From a virus: a DNA stretch of 64,000 nucleotides. The notes below the pieces were generated by a model that searched no databases, had not been told where the DNA came from, and worked only from the letters and a program-made list of their open reading frames with translations. Shown piece by piece: positions 26,205 through 35,511 of this stretch. A program made the translations under genes and the position numbers. The stretch lies in the IMG/VR virus record IMGVR_UViG_3300037193_001894, positions 1-64,000 of that record; one strand, 5' to 3'. Each line of letters opens with the position of its first letter. Position 1 is the first letter of the stretch.

Positions 26205-27088
26205 ACCGGCGTCCCCTCCTTCCACAAACCCCCCACATAGAGCCTCTGCCGAACCGACTCCAGTCGGTAGCGAGTCAGGAACGACAACAGGCCCTCGTAC
26301 ATCGCGCTGGATGGGTCGGTCGGCTCGAACATGGGGAGTTCCGGTAGCGCGAGACCTTCCGGGGGAGTCCTTAGATCGACCAGCCGCAACGCGACTTGCA
26401 CCTGCCCCCAGTGTTCTCTAACGGCAGGGTGCTCTACAGCATCCAGGCTCCACCCGGACTTCGCAAGATTTTTCAATGCTGTCTTCATCCCGAACCGGGG
26501 GACGCCCGGCACACCGTCGGAGATGTCACCGGCCAGGGCCATCGCCAGGGCCAGATGCTCGGGCTCGCAGCCGTGCTCCTCGCGCACCCGCTGCACGGTC
26601 CACCGGTCGGTGTCGGCCCCGCCCGAGGACAGCCGGACCTGCTCCACCTCGTCGCACAGCAACTGGAGGAAGTCCTTGTCGCTGGAGAGGATCACCGCCC
26701 TCTCGCCAGCGGGGCGGTGGTGGACGTACCAGGAGATCAGGTCGTCGGCCTCGAAGCCCGGCCGGTCGATCTGGTGGATCCCCGACAGCGCCAGGAACTC
26801 CCGGGCCAGCGCGAAGGTGCCGCGCTTGCGCTCGTCGAACTCGGGGTCGGGGGCCTGGAGCCGGTTGGCCTTGTACTCGGGGTAGAGGGCCACCCGGAAC
26901 GCCGAGCGGCCTCCGTCCCAGCAGACCACCAGCCGGTCCGGGTCCTCCTCGCGCACGTGCCGCGAGAGGGTGTTGATGAACACCATCAGCGGCCCGGTGT
27001 TCACGCCGTCGGCGGACAGAGAGGTGCGGGCCATAGCGTGTACGGCCCGCATGGCGAGGTTGTTCCCATCCACGACGAGAGTAGTCAC
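26201..27088 (-). CDS. 5'-3' exonuclease / flap endonuclease (Pol I N-terminal type)
   Basis: LVVDGNNL, YPEYKANR, FEADDLI, SSDKDFLQL, LAGDISDGVPGVPRFGMKTA. Confidence 0.93.
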   Translation of the reverse strand: MTTLVVDGNNLAMRAVHAMARTSLSADGVNTGPLMVFINTLSRHVREEDPDRLVVCWDGGRSAFRVALYPEYKANRLQAPDPEFDERKRGTFALAREFLALSGIHQIDRPGFEADDLISWYVHHRPAGERAVILSSDKDFLQLLCDEVEQVRLSSGGADTDRWTVQRVREEHGCEPEHLALAMALAGDISDGVPGVPRFGMKTALKNLAKSGWSLDAVEHPAVREHWGQVQVALRLVDLRTPPEGLALPELPMFEPTDPSSAMYEGLLSFLTRYRLESVRQRLYVGGLWKEGTPV

Positions 27089-27092
27089 GTCA

Positions 27093-27626
27093 TCACTCGC
27101 CCATCCCGTCCAGGCGCTGGGCGGTGACCCAGCCCATGATCCGGTCCACTGCGACCTCGGCCATGTCGGTGTGGTCGGCGGTCTCGAACCAGTGCGGGTG
27201 CTCGTCCTCGGCCTTCTCCAGCGCCTTGCTGACCTCAGCGACCAAGGTGTCCCGGTCGGCGTCGTGCATCCGCAGGATCGAGCGGGCGTAGACCAGGCCG
27301 TCCAACTGCTCCTCGTACCAGTCCCGGACGGTGTTGCGCCCGTTGAAGGGCCGGTGGCCCTGGCGGTAGCGCTGGATGCCGACCTGGCGGCGCTCCTCGA
27401 TGTCGCGGATCAGCAGGGTCTGGTCGTCCTCCAGGGACTCGTCTCCGTCCGGCAGCACCTGGTCGCCGGGACGGGTCCGCAACGCCTCACCCTCCTCCGA
27501 GTCAGTCCAGAGCCAGTCTCCACCGCTCTGCCGATAGACCCGGCCGCACTCGCGGCAGGTCAACTCGGGAGAGTCGGGGTTCAAGGGGAAGACCCCGGGG
27601 TGGGTGCAGGCTTCGGGGCGCTTCAT
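27093..27626 (-). CDS. Putative MazG-like nucleotide pyrophosphohydrolase with an N-terminal Cys motif
   Basis: ERRQVGIQRY...NGRNTVRDWYEEQLDGLVY resembles the all-helical NTP-PPase EExxD motif. Confidence 0.45.
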   Translation of the reverse strand: MKRPEACTHPGVFPLNPDSPELTCRECGRVYRQSGGDWLWTDSEEGEALRTRPGDQVLPDGDESLEDDQTLLIRDIEERRQVGIQRYRQGHRPFNGRNTVRDWYEEQLDGLVYARSILRMHDADRDTLVAEVSKALEKAEDEHPHWFETADHTDMAEVAVDRIMGWVTAQRLDGMGE

Positions 27627-27815
27627 CGGAACGTCACCTCGCCCTTCTGGGCCTCGACCTCGGTGCGCAGCGAGCGCCAGCCCAGCAGGTTGCCGATCCT
27701 GGGGAGGTGGCCGAGCGAGATGCTGCCCTTGCTGACCGGCACCGGCTCATGCCTCGACCAACTCGGCCAGGTGGAGCCTGCGGAGGGTCTCGCGGCCGAG
27801 CGGCTGCTCGCTCAC
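27623..27815 (-). pseudogene. Small gene with an apparent frameshift near 27750
   Basis: GTG-SEQPLGRETLRRLHLAELVE stops at 27747, while another frame continues HEPVPVSKG...GEVTFR to an ATGA overlap at 27623. Confidence 0.4.
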
Positions 27816-28051
27816 AGGCCCTCCACCTTGATCCGCTGCACCATGCCGTCGGGCAGCCGTCGGCGAGCGGTTCCGTCGCTGCCCACGTCGGAGGCCGTGA
27901 CCAACTCGAAGTTGTGGATCGCGTCGGCCCGGTCCGGGTGGCTCTCGGTGTCCTTCGCCAGCGGCTCGCCGTTGTCGCCGTAGAACGTCCAGTACCACTG
28001 CCGGGGCGAGTTCGGGTCGCCCTCGTTGCTGTCTCGGAATCTGACTCTCAT
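27812..28051 (-). CDS. DUF1508/YegP-like small protein
   Basis: QWYWTFYGDNGEPLAKDTESH; own ATG with GAGG SD. Confidence 0.6.
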   Translation of the reverse strand: MRVRFRDSNEGDPNSPRQWYWTFYGDNGEPLAKDTESHPDRADAIHNFELVTASDVGSDGTARRRLPDGMVQRIKVEGL

Positions 28052-28360
28052 GACCCCTCCTCGGGATCCGGGGCGTCGGCGGTGACCTCGATCAGTTCCG
28101 CGTCCCCGGCGTTGATGTGGATGACCGCCTCCGGCTGGAGCGGCAGCAGAGCGTTGGCGTCGATCCGCAGGGTGAGCCTGGTGACCAGGGCTCCGGCCTT
28201 GGTCTTGCCGGTGGGCTTCTTCTGGGTGAGGTTGGTGACCTTGCCCCCCCCTCAGGATGGGCCGGTCCTTGCTGTCGATGTCGTAGCGGTACGAGGACCA
28301 GACCGGCTCGATCGTGGCGTAGAACACCGCATCGACGTACTCGGGCTGCTTGCTGGTCAT
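28048..28360 (-). CDS. Hypothetical protein, frameshifted at a G8 run (28244-28251)
   Basis: Removing one G gives ...PILRGGKVTNLTQKKP...DPEEGS* with phage codon use and an ATGA overlap at 28048-28051. Confidence 0.6.
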
Positions 28361-28689
28361 CAGTCCTCCTCGCGAGGCTGGGCGTAGTGGTACCCGGTGA
28401 ACAGGCCGTCGGCCCAGACCATGGCTGTCTTCATCACCAGGTCGAGGTTGGCCTGCAACTGCTGCGGGTCCTTGATCTGGAGGTAGGACATCGCCCGGCT
28501 GAGGCCGACGTAGGCCGAGGACTTCGGATCAACCACGGACCCGATCAGCGACTGCCAGTCCCAGTCCTCCTCGGAGGCGGGCTCGTCGATCTTGGTCGAG
28601 ACGATCGCCATCAGCCGCTCGAAGTCCTCGTGGTCGGGGATGTCGAACGGCGGGTCGGGATGGGGCTCGGGACGGATCTGCTCCGTCAT
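28360..28689 (-). CDS. Hypothetical protein
   Basis: 3' part of ORF 28360..29160 from MTEQIRP; TGATG coupling on both sides. Confidence 0.7.
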   Translation of the reverse strand: MTEQIRPEPHPDPPFDIPDHEDFERLMAIVSTKIDEPASEEDWDWQSLIGSVVDPKSSAYVGLSRAMSYLQIKDPQQLQANLDLVMKTAMVWADGLFTGYHYAQPREED

Positions 28690-29360
28690 CAGATCACCCC
28701 GTAGAGCCGGGCGTTGACCTTGGCCATCAGGATGGTGTGGGCGAGCCGGGTGCCGTCGATGATGCCCTGCTGGGCCAGCGCGTGGGCCATCCGCTCGATG
28801 TCGGCCAGCGTGTAGTACCGGGCGGTGTGGGCGTCGGGGTCGATCACCTTCCCGACCCCATCGCAGGCCGAGCACTGCCGGGTCTTGAGTTGTCCCGTCC
28901 CCTTGCACTTCGAGCACTTGACCCCGGACGGCAGGCGCTTGAACTCCAGGGGCTTGCCGTCGAGGAGGAAGTACCCGTGCGGGTACTGCTGGGGGATGGT
29001 CGTGCGGCCCCGGCCCTTGCAGTTCGAGCAGGTGCCGGGCCGCTTCTTCTCCTCGATCTGGACCTTGCCGGTGCCCTTGCAGTGCGGGCAGCGAACGTCG
29101 CGCTCCTTGTCCGGCCGGGACCTCCAGCGGAGCCAGTCGGCCCCCTTGCCGAAGAAGCACTTGGCGACCTCCTGCACCGAGAAGTGCGGGATCTCCAGGC
29201 CGGTCTTGGGGTCCTTGTCGAACATCGAGTCGTCGAGCCAGAACCGTCGGCCGCTGGGGTGGATCAGGTCCATGCTCGACAAGATCAACGGCTCGGACCC
29301 GTACCCCACCACCTCGATCGTCGGCTTCTGCTGGGTCTCGGTCTCTGGGCTCATCATCAT
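28689..29360 (-). CDS. MerR-like HTH protein with four CxxCxGxG zinc-finger repeats
   Basis: FSVQEVAK.FFGK..DWLRW...RYYTLADIE interrupted by CPHCKGTG, CSNCKGRG, CSKCKGTG, CSACDGVG. Confidence 0.72.
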   Translation of the reverse strand: MMMSPETETQQKPTIEVVGYGSEPLILSSMDLIHPSGRRFWLDDSMFDKDPKTGLEIPHFSVQEVAKCFFGKGADWLRWRSRPDKERDVRCPHCKGTGKVQIEEKKRPGTCSNCKGRGRTTIPQQYPHGYFLLDGKPLEFKRLPSGVKCSKCKGTGQLKTRQCSACDGVGKVIDPDAHTARYYTLADIERMAHALAQQGIIDGTRLAHTILMAKVNARLYGVI

Positions 29361-29388
29361 CCTTCTCGGGTGCTGGGGAAGCCGGTCA

Positions 29389-29424
29389 CCCCGGGGCGGT
29401 CTCGGGAGTGCACCCGCCCCGGGG
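29389..29424 (-). terminator. Intergenic hairpin
   Basis: CCCCGGGGCGG/CCGCCCCGGGG arms directly after a stop codon. Confidence 0.5.
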
Positions 29425-29433
29425 GAGTACCGG

Positions 29434-30201
29434 CTACTTCTTGGAGTTGCGCGTGTAGAGGCCGACCGAGGGCTTGCCGACCCTGGTCATGCGCTTGATC
29501 GCCCGGAGGATGCCGTCGCGGACCTCGGGCTTGTTGGCAGCGTTGGACAGCGCCTTGGCCTCGTCGAACACCCGGACCTCACGGGTCATCGCGAGGTACT
29601 CCTCGCGGGTGATCGCGCCCTCGTCCAGCAGGTCGAGGAGGGCCTCGGGGGAGGCGTCCACGGAGATGGTGCCGTTGCGGTACTCGCGGCTCCACTCCTT
29701 GTTGGTGCCCGGGACCGGGCAGCGCTCGGGGTTGCCCTTCGAGCAGAGGATGTAGTGCCCCTCCGAGGTCCGGTCGGTGGCCTCCACGACGACGTGGCCA
29801 CCACGGACGACGGCCTTGGGGACCGCCACGCCACGCTCCTCGGCGTCCACGTCCATGTGGGTGCGGATGATGGTCTTGAGCGACTCGTCGCGCTGGCTGA
29901 TCATGTCGGCGATCACCCCGAGCACCTGGCGCTCCTCGAAGACGGCGGTCTTCTCCTCGTCGGTCAGCGTGCGCCGGGTGTCGGGCTGGACGGAGGCGAA
30001 CACGTCCTTGAGCCGGACCAGGGCGTCCTTGACCTCCTCGGTCAACTCGACCGGCTTGGGCACCGAGGGGAACGGCACCTCGGTGGTGCGCGCCACGTCG
30101 GCGTGGTACGGCTCGACCAGCGCGGTGGTCAGGTCCTTGAGGCTGCCGTGCTCCTTGAGCACGATCCTGCCCCGCTCGATGTACGGCTCGATCTCGGTCA
30201 T
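29434..30201 (-). CDS. Hypothetical protein
   Basis: 255-aa ORF, AAGGAG SD, own promoter. Confidence 0.8.
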   Translation of the reverse strand: MTEIEPYIERGRIVLKEHGSLKDLTTALVEPYHADVARTTEVPFPSVPKPVELTEEVKDALVRLKDVFASVQPDTRRTLTDEEKTAVFEERQVLGVIADMISQRDESLKTIIRTHMDVDAEERGVAVPKAVVRGGHVVVEATDRTSEGHYILCSKGNPERCPVPGTNKEWSREYRNGTISVDASPEALLDLLDEGAITREEYLAMTREVRVFDEAKALSNAANKPEVRDGILRAIKRMTRVGKPSVGLYTRNSKK

Positions 30202-30237
30202 GGTGGCGCTCCTTGCCTGGTTCTCTCTGACTCCGCC

Positions 30238-30267
30238 AGACTACCAAGCATTCCCGGGGTTACACAA
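30238..30267 (-). promoter_or_regulatory. SigA-like promoter
   Basis: TTGTGT-N18-TAGTCT with a TGG extension, between a terminator and an SD. Confidence 0.6.
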
Positions 30268-30285
30268 GAATCCTTGGGGACAAAG

Positions 30286-30323
30286 AGAGGAGCCCCGGCT
30301 GCCGTCCTAACCGGGGCTCCTCT
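30286..30323 (-). terminator. Terminator of the lysis cassette
   Basis: 13-bp arms AGAGGAGCCCCGG/CCGGGGCTCCTCT followed by CTTTGT on the minus strand. Confidence 0.75.
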
Positions 30324-30343
30324 GGTTCTGGCGAACCGGACGC

Positions 30344-30886
30344 TCAGCGCCTGATCCTGCGCAGGCGGTAGGCGAGCCCCACAGACACGCCCCCTGCCAC
30401 CGTCAACGGTCCCCAGACGCTCGGCCCGGAGAACACCAGGACCGTAGCGAGCGTGACCACCAGCATGACCTCACCGAGCCCCATGATGCCGCCCTCGCCG
30501 CGCACCGGGCCACCCCCGGCCCCTCCGGGTGCCGTCACCGGGTCGTAGCGAGGTGTGGTGCGGATCGAGCCGACCAGGGTGGTGAGCGTGCCGAGGAAGG
30601 TCACGACGACGGTCACCTGGTCGGGGGTCCAGTGCAGTACTCCGAGGCTGACGCAGAAGACCACCCCGGACCGGCCCAGGTCGGTGAGGACCATCACCGG
30701 GAAGGGCTTTGTCAGGAAGCCCTTGGCCACCGCGAGGATCGCGATGAACAGGGCTACCAGGTTGGTCTGCTGGTCGCCGGAGAGGCTGAACAGCCCGAGA
30801 GCGATCGCCACGACGACGAAACTCTCGAACGCATCCAGGAGCAGCGCGGGCTCCCGGACCAGTGCCTTGAAACGGTCCACCGTCAC
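30344..30886 (-). CDS. Holin-like multi-pass membrane protein
   Basis: Several hydrophobic helices, basic C-terminus, GTGA-coupled to the endolysin. Confidence 0.75.
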   Translation of the reverse strand: MTVDRFKALVREPALLLDAFESFVVVAIALGLFSLSGDQQTNLVALFIAILAVAKGFLTKPFPVMVLTDLGRSGVVFCVSLGVLHWTPDQVTVVVTFLGTLTTLVGSIRTTPRYDPVTAPGGAGGGPVRGEGGIMGLGEVMLVVTLATVLVFSGPSVWGPLTVAGGVSVGLAYRLRRIRR

Positions 30887-31839
30887 TGTCCTCCTGATTC
30901 GATCTGGTCGTCGTTCACCACGACGGTGAACGACACGTCCATGGCCTCCAGCAGGCCCTTGATCTCCTGCGGGGTGGCCCCCTGGTCGATCTTGTCGATG
31001 GCGTCGCGGAGTAGGCCCTTGATGGCCCGGTCGCGGCGGTAGGAGCCCTCCATGAAGGCGTCCAGCCGCCGCAGCACCTGCGCGACCGAGACCGACTTGT
31101 CGGGGTGGGGGTAGATGTCGTCGCTGAGTTGCATCTCGTCCTCCTGCGGGGGCTGTTCGTCCTGGATGCCGAAGCGGCGGACCTCGGCCCGCCCGGATGA
31201 TGTGGTGTAGCCGAGCCGGTCGATCTTGCGGGTGGGAGCCCAGGTCTTGTGCTCCATGTGGTAGCCCGAGAGGTCCGCGCTCCGGGCTGGCCGCTTGCCC
31301 TCGCCGTTGATGCGCCAGATCGCGTGGGTCAGCCCGGCGTTGGCCCGGCCCATGAACTCGCGGAAGGTCATGCTCTTGCCGGTGCGCCGGTTGGTGTACG
31401 TGCGGTCCCAGACCGCCTCGGACAGCCCGCCCTCGTACTCGGTGCCCCAGGCGTAGGGCCGGGCGTTGTCCTTGGGGATCGTGTAGGAGCCCATCGGCCC
31501 CCGGACCGTCAGCGGGCCTCCGTAGCCGGGGTGGTTGGCCAGCCCCAGGCACTTGATCCGGTAGACGAGATCGACGCCTGCGGTGCCGTTGCACAGGGGA
31601 CCGCCCAGGGCCGAGGTGCCGACCGTGACCAGGTGCAGGCCGGGCGTCGGGTTGCTCGGCGTCGGGTTGGAGACGATGTGGTGCGAGGTGACCGCGAAGG
31701 GGCGCAGCGCGTTCCACCGGTCGCCGGAGACGGGACGGCCCTCGACCACCTCGATGGAGACCTCCGGCACGCCGAAGTCGAGCAGCACGTCCTTGACGAT
31801 CCTGGCCCGCTCGATCGCCCGATCGCGTCCGGCGCTCAT
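30883..31839 (-). CDS. Endolysin, N-acetylmuramoyl-L-alanine amidase (Amidase_2 type)
   Basis: SHHIV, LANHPGYG, GTEYEG, MEHKTWAPTRKID zinc-amidase motifs. Confidence 0.85.
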   Translation of the reverse strand: MSAGRDRAIERARIVKDVLLDFGVPEVSIEVVEGRPVSGDRWNALRPFAVTSHHIVSNPTPSNPTPGLHLVTVGTSALGGPLCNGTAGVDLVYRIKCLGLANHPGYGGPLTVRGPMGSYTIPKDNARPYAWGTEYEGGLSEAVWDRTYTNRRTGKSMTFREFMGRANAGLTHAIWRINGEGKRPARSADLSGYHMEHKTWAPTRKIDRLGYTTSSGRAEVRRFGIQDEQPPQEDEMQLSDDIYPHPDKSVSVAQVLRRLDAFMEGSYRRDRAIKGLLRDAIDKIDQGATPQEIKGLLEAMDVSFTVVVNDDQIESGGQ

Positions 31840-31994
31840 CGGTCGATCCCGTTCGACTCGTCGTCGAGGTCGTCGATCGCCTCGTACAGGACCTGGCCGA
31901 GCACGGCCTGCTCGGGACCCACCTCGTTCGGGTGGTCCAGGCCCGCCTCGGGGTCGGTGTCGATCGCGGGCAGGTCTACTGGCTGCTCTGACAT
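31836..31994 (-). CDS. Small acidic protein, first gene of the lysis cassette (not in ORF track)
   Basis: MSEQPVDLPAIDTDPEAGLDHPNEVGPEQAVLGQVLYEAIDDLDDESNGIDR; GAGGGG SD; ATGA overlap with the endolysin. Confidence 0.65.
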   Translation of the reverse strand: MSEQPVDLPAIDTDPEAGLDHPNEVGPEQAVLGQVLYEAIDDLDDESNGIDR

Positions 31995-32026
31995 ATCCCA
32001 CCCCTCTGAATGACGAAGCGCCCCTG

Positions 32027-32061
32027 CACCCCTTCAAGGGGCTCAGGGACGCTTCGACAGC
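32027..32061 (-). promoter_or_regulatory. Putative phage late promoter, copy 2
   Basis: GCTGTC-N20-GAAGGGGTG upstream of the lysis cassette. Confidence 0.65.
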
Positions 32062-32077
32062 AGACCGGTTGAAATGG

Positions 32078-34006
32078 TCAGTTTGCGTAGAACTCCTTGA
32101 CCGTGGAGAAGTCGGTGGCCCGGGGGCTGCCCGGCAGGCCCTTGACGATCTTGCCGCCCCAGCCGGTGTTGGTGAGCCTGGAGTCGAGGATGGCCACGAC
32201 GCCCTTGTCCTCGGCGGTGCGGATCAGACGGCCGTAGCCCTGGACAAGGGTCAGCGTCATCATCGGGATGGTCAGGTCCCGGAAGGACGACCCGCCGAGC
32301 CGCTCGACCTGCTCGGAGCGGGCCGCGAAGACCGGCTCGGTCGGCACCGGGAAGGGCAACTTGTCGATGACGACCAGGCGGCAGGTGTCGCCCTGGAAGT
32401 CCACCCCGGTGAAGAACGACTTGAGCGCGAACAGCACCGAGTGGGTGTCCTCGACGAACCGAGCCGCCAGGTCCTTGTTCGAGCCCTGGCCCTGGACCAG
32501 CGGGGTGTAGCCCTGCATCTCCAGCCACGGCGAGAGGGTGTCGTACGCGGCCTGCATCGAGGCGCGGCTGGTGAACAGCATCAGAGCGCCACCGCCAGCG
32601 GCCGAGATCAACTCCTGCATCGCCACGCCGGACCAGGACAGCCAGGCAGCCCGCTCCTTGGGGGAGGGGATCGCCCGGTCCGGGGTGTAGAGCAGCGCCT
32701 GCTTGGTGTAGTCGAACGGGGTGCCGACGTTCATCGACTCGGTGGTCTCGGGGAGCCCGAGCCGGTCCTTGATGAAGGAGAAGTCCCCGTTGACCGAGAG
32801 CGTCGCGGAGATGAGCACGGACGGGGTGGTGTCCCACAGCCACGCGGCAAGGTAGGAGCCGACGTGCACCGGGGCCGTCTTGATCAGGGTCTGCTTGCCC
32901 GCCCGGTTCTCGGTGACCTCGGTCCAGCGGACCAGCAGGTCGTCGTCCATCGTCATGGCGTCCACGAGCCGGTCGGCGTAGTTGTTGGCCCGCTTGACCA
33001 GCCGGGTGCGCTTGGTCTCCTCCTTGACATCGCCACGGCTGATCGTGATCTCGTCGATCTCCTCGGCGAACGCACGCAGGGCCTCGACCAACTCCATGAA
33101 CACCTCGGAGTTGTCCACGAAGAACCGCAGCGGGAGCCGCTCCCTGTCGCCCTTCTCGTCGATGAGCGCCCAGACCTCCTCGGTCTTCATCGCCACCTCG
33201 GTGTCGTTCTTGAGGGCGACGCCCTGGACGGCGGCGAAGGTGTTGACCTCGCCGACCATCGCGGTGATGCCGGTCTTGCGGACCTCGCTGCCCAGCGCGT
33301 TGGTGGCGTACTCCTCGGTCTCGTGGGCCTCGTCGATCAGCACCAGGTCGTACTCGCCGAGCATCGTGGCGTAGCCGTCGGTCATCTCGCGGACCTTGAG
33401 GTCGGCCATCAGCATCGCGGTGTTGGTCACCACGACCTGGGCCTCGCGGCCCTTCGCCTTGGCCTTCTCGGCGAAGCAGACCTCGCCGAAGGGGCACTTG
33501 CGCTTGCCGGGGCACTCGTTGGAGGTCGAGGCGACGTAGGAGAACTCCTCCTTGGTCACGGGGGTCTCGAAGTGCTCGCGGTCCCCGGTGTGGTTGTCGT
33601 CGGCCTCCAACTCGTCCAGCATCGCCTTGAGGTGGGGAACGCGGGCCTGGGCCTTGGGGTCCACGGCCTTGGCCCGGCAGAAGTAGTTGGACCGGCCCTT
33701 GACCAGCGCCCAGGTGAACGGGACGCCGAGGTGCTCCTGGAGGAACGGCACGTCCTTGTTGGCGTACTGCTCCATCAGCGCGATCGTGGCGGTGGCGACG
33801 ATGGTCTTCTTGCCGCCGAGGATGGCGGGGATCATCGTGGCCAGCGACTTGCCGGTGCCGCAGCCAGCCTCGGCCAGCCCGTGCCCGCCCTCGGCGATGA
33901 TCTTCTCCACGAAGGCGGCGAGGGCCTGCTGCTGGGGGCGCTCGGTGTAGCCGGGCAACTTCGCGGCGAGCACCTTCTCTGCGTCTGCGAAGGTCTTGAT
34001 CGTCAT
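32078..34006 (-). CDS. DinG/YoaA-family Fe-S SF2 helicase
   Basis: RPQQ, EAGCGTGKS, KGRSNYFC plus three more Cys, DEAH, SATL, LFTS, GVDFQG, QGYGRLIR; AGGAG SD before the ATG at 34006. Confidence 0.92.
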   Translation of the reverse strand: MTIKTFADAEKVLAAKLPGYTERPQQQALAAFVEKIIAEGGHGLAEAGCGTGKSLATMIPAILGGKKTIVATATIALMEQYANKDVPFLQEHLGVPFTWALVKGRSNYFCRAKAVDPKAQARVPHLKAMLDELEADDNHTGDREHFETPVTKEEFSYVASTSNECPGKRKCPFGEVCFAEKAKAKGREAQVVVTNTAMLMADLKVREMTDGYATMLGEYDLVLIDEAHETEEYATNALGSEVRKTGITAMVGEVNTFAAVQGVALKNDTEVAMKTEEVWALIDEKGDRERLPLRFFVDNSEVFMELVEALRAFAEEIDEITISRGDVKEETKRTRLVKRANNYADRLVDAMTMDDDLLVRWTEVTENRAGKQTLIKTAPVHVGSYLAAWLWDTTPSVLISATLSVNGDFSFIKDRLGLPETTESMNVGTPFDYTKQALLYTPDRAIPSPKERAAWLSWSGVAMQELISAAGGGALMLFTSRASMQAAYDTLSPWLEMQGYTPLVQGQGSNKDLAARFVEDTHSVLFALKSFFTGVDFQGDTCRLVVIDKLPFPVPTEPVFAARSEQVERLGGSSFRDLTIPMMTLTLVQGYGRLIRTAEDKGVVAILDSRLTNTGWGGKIVKGLPGSPRATDFSTVKEFYAN

Positions 34007-34224
34007 GGCTGTCTCCTGGTGTCGGGCTCTCTGGCTGGTCTCAGCGTACACCAAGGAATCTGGGTGCGCGACACCGGAGATAGAAAAAACTCTGGGGGCT
34101 CGGCAGGCCGGGTCGCCGTGCACCCAGGCCCCGTAGTGCACCGAGTCCGGATCCGACTCCTTGGTCCACCCGCCGTTGGCGATCCCGACCGGGTGCGAGC
34201 AGGACTCCACCGCCACCTCAGCGC

Positions 34225-34446
34225 TCATGCGTTCTCCTCGTACCAGCAGCGGAGCCGGTCGGCCTCGATGTCGGCCGAGGCCTGCGTCGGATGGGCCTGC
34301 TTGATCTTCCCCAGCCCCGGGCGCTGCCCCGGGAAGGAGCCGGTCGCCCGATCGTAGACACCGTAGACCACCTTGCGGGGGCCGACCGGGATCGGCTTGA
34401 CGATGAACCGGACCGCGCCGGTCGGCAGCGTCCTCTCGGGGGTCAC
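34225..34446 (-). CDS. Small hypothetical protein
   Basis: 3' part of ORF 34225..35070 from the GTG; GTGA/ATGA overlaps. Confidence 0.6.
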   Translation of the reverse strand: MTPERTLPTGAVRFIVKPIPVGPRKVVYGVYDRATGSFPGQRPGLGKIKQAHPTQASADIEADRLRCWYEENA

Positions 34447-35207
34447 GAGGCCTCCAGGGCTCGGGCGGTGGCCAGCGCGTGGGTGCGGGGCTTGGAGCCG
34501 GACGGCCCGAACCGTCCCGCCTTGACGTTGGCCCGGATCGCCTCCGCCGCCTGGTGCCGGGCGGTGTAGCCGACCAGCCTGCGCTGCGCGGCCTCGCGCT
34601 GGCTCTCGGCCTGGGCCTTCTCCTGGCGCTTGGCGGCAGCGGCCTGCCGGGACCGCTCGGCCTGGGTGACCACCGGATGCCCGGGCTTCGGCACGTCGGC
34701 CATGGTGTACCGGACCCGCTTGGCCTTGAACGAGGCCCGCAGGGTGTCGGCGTGCGTCTTGCCCATCTGGTAGCGGACCAGGGTGAGCAGCACCCCGGCG
34801 AACTCCGGCCCGTGGTGGGCGTGGTGGTAGCCGGTCAGGCAGTGCGCGATCTCGTGGAGGATCACCACCTCGCTGCGGCGGTGGACCTGGCTGACGGTGA
34901 TCTCGCCGTACGCCCCGTGCGAGCCCCGGCCCGCGACCACGGTGATCTTGCGTCGCCCCCAGCGGGACTGGAACCAGGCGGCGCTGGTCACGGCGTCCAC
35001 GTAGGCCTGGGTGGCGGCGACGGTCGGGCACTTCATCTGGACGGACTTGCCGTCCTCGATGACTCCCCATCCGGCGACGTGCTGGGTGTCCACGAGGTGC
35101 TTGGTCGCCGTCCGGCTGACCCGGAGGTCCCTGATCGCGTCCTCGGCGTCGTAGAGCCGCTGGCGCTGGTTGTCCCGGGCCTGGCCGGGGCGCAGTGCGT
35201 TCGGCAT
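34443..35207 (-). CDS. HExxH zinc metallopeptidase-like protein
   Basis: VILHEIAHCLTG...HHGPEFAGVLL; QRQRLYDAE N-terminus like actinobacterial Rv0185-type proteins. Confidence 0.75.
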   Translation of the reverse strand: MPNALRPGQARDNQRQRLYDAEDAIRDLRVSRTATKHLVDTQHVAGWGVIEDGKSVQMKCPTVAATQAYVDAVTSAAWFQSRWGRRKITVVAGRGSHGAYGEITVSQVHRRSEVVILHEIAHCLTGYHHAHHGPEFAGVLLTLVRYQMGKTHADTLRASFKAKRVRYTMADVPKPGHPVVTQAERSRQAAAAKRQEKAQAESQREAAQRRLVGYTARHQAAEAIRANVKAGRFGPSGSKPRTHALATARALEAS

Positions 35208-35208
35208 C

Positions 35209-35511
35209 TCAGAGCAGCCCCTTCGCGTTCGCGATCCGGGTGACCTCGGTCTTCTGGGTCGGGTAGGCCGTGAAGGGCTTCAAGTGCCGGTTCGCCTCCA
35301 GGGTCTTCTCCCAGCCCGCGAGGGCCTCCCACTCCACGAGGTGGATCCGGTAGGCGGCACCCCGGACGTTCTTGACCTTCTCGACCCGGGCGACGGTGAC
35401 GGTTGCCATCTGTCCCCCGAACGGGTCGAAGGTGCGGCGCTGGAGCCGATCGCCGGGCTCCAGGTCCCGGGGGATCACCCGGGTCGTGTACTCGAATGTC
35501 TCGTCCGTCAT
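35209..35511 (-). CDS. Hypothetical protein
   Basis: From MTDETFEY; GGGAG SD; extended -10 TGGTAAGAT at ~35576-35584. Confidence 0.65.
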   Translation of the reverse strand: MTDETFEYTTRVIPRDLEPGDRLQRRTFDPFGGQMATVTVARVEKVKNVRGAAYRIHLVEWEALAGWEKTLEANRHLKPFTAYPTQKTEVTRIANAKGLL

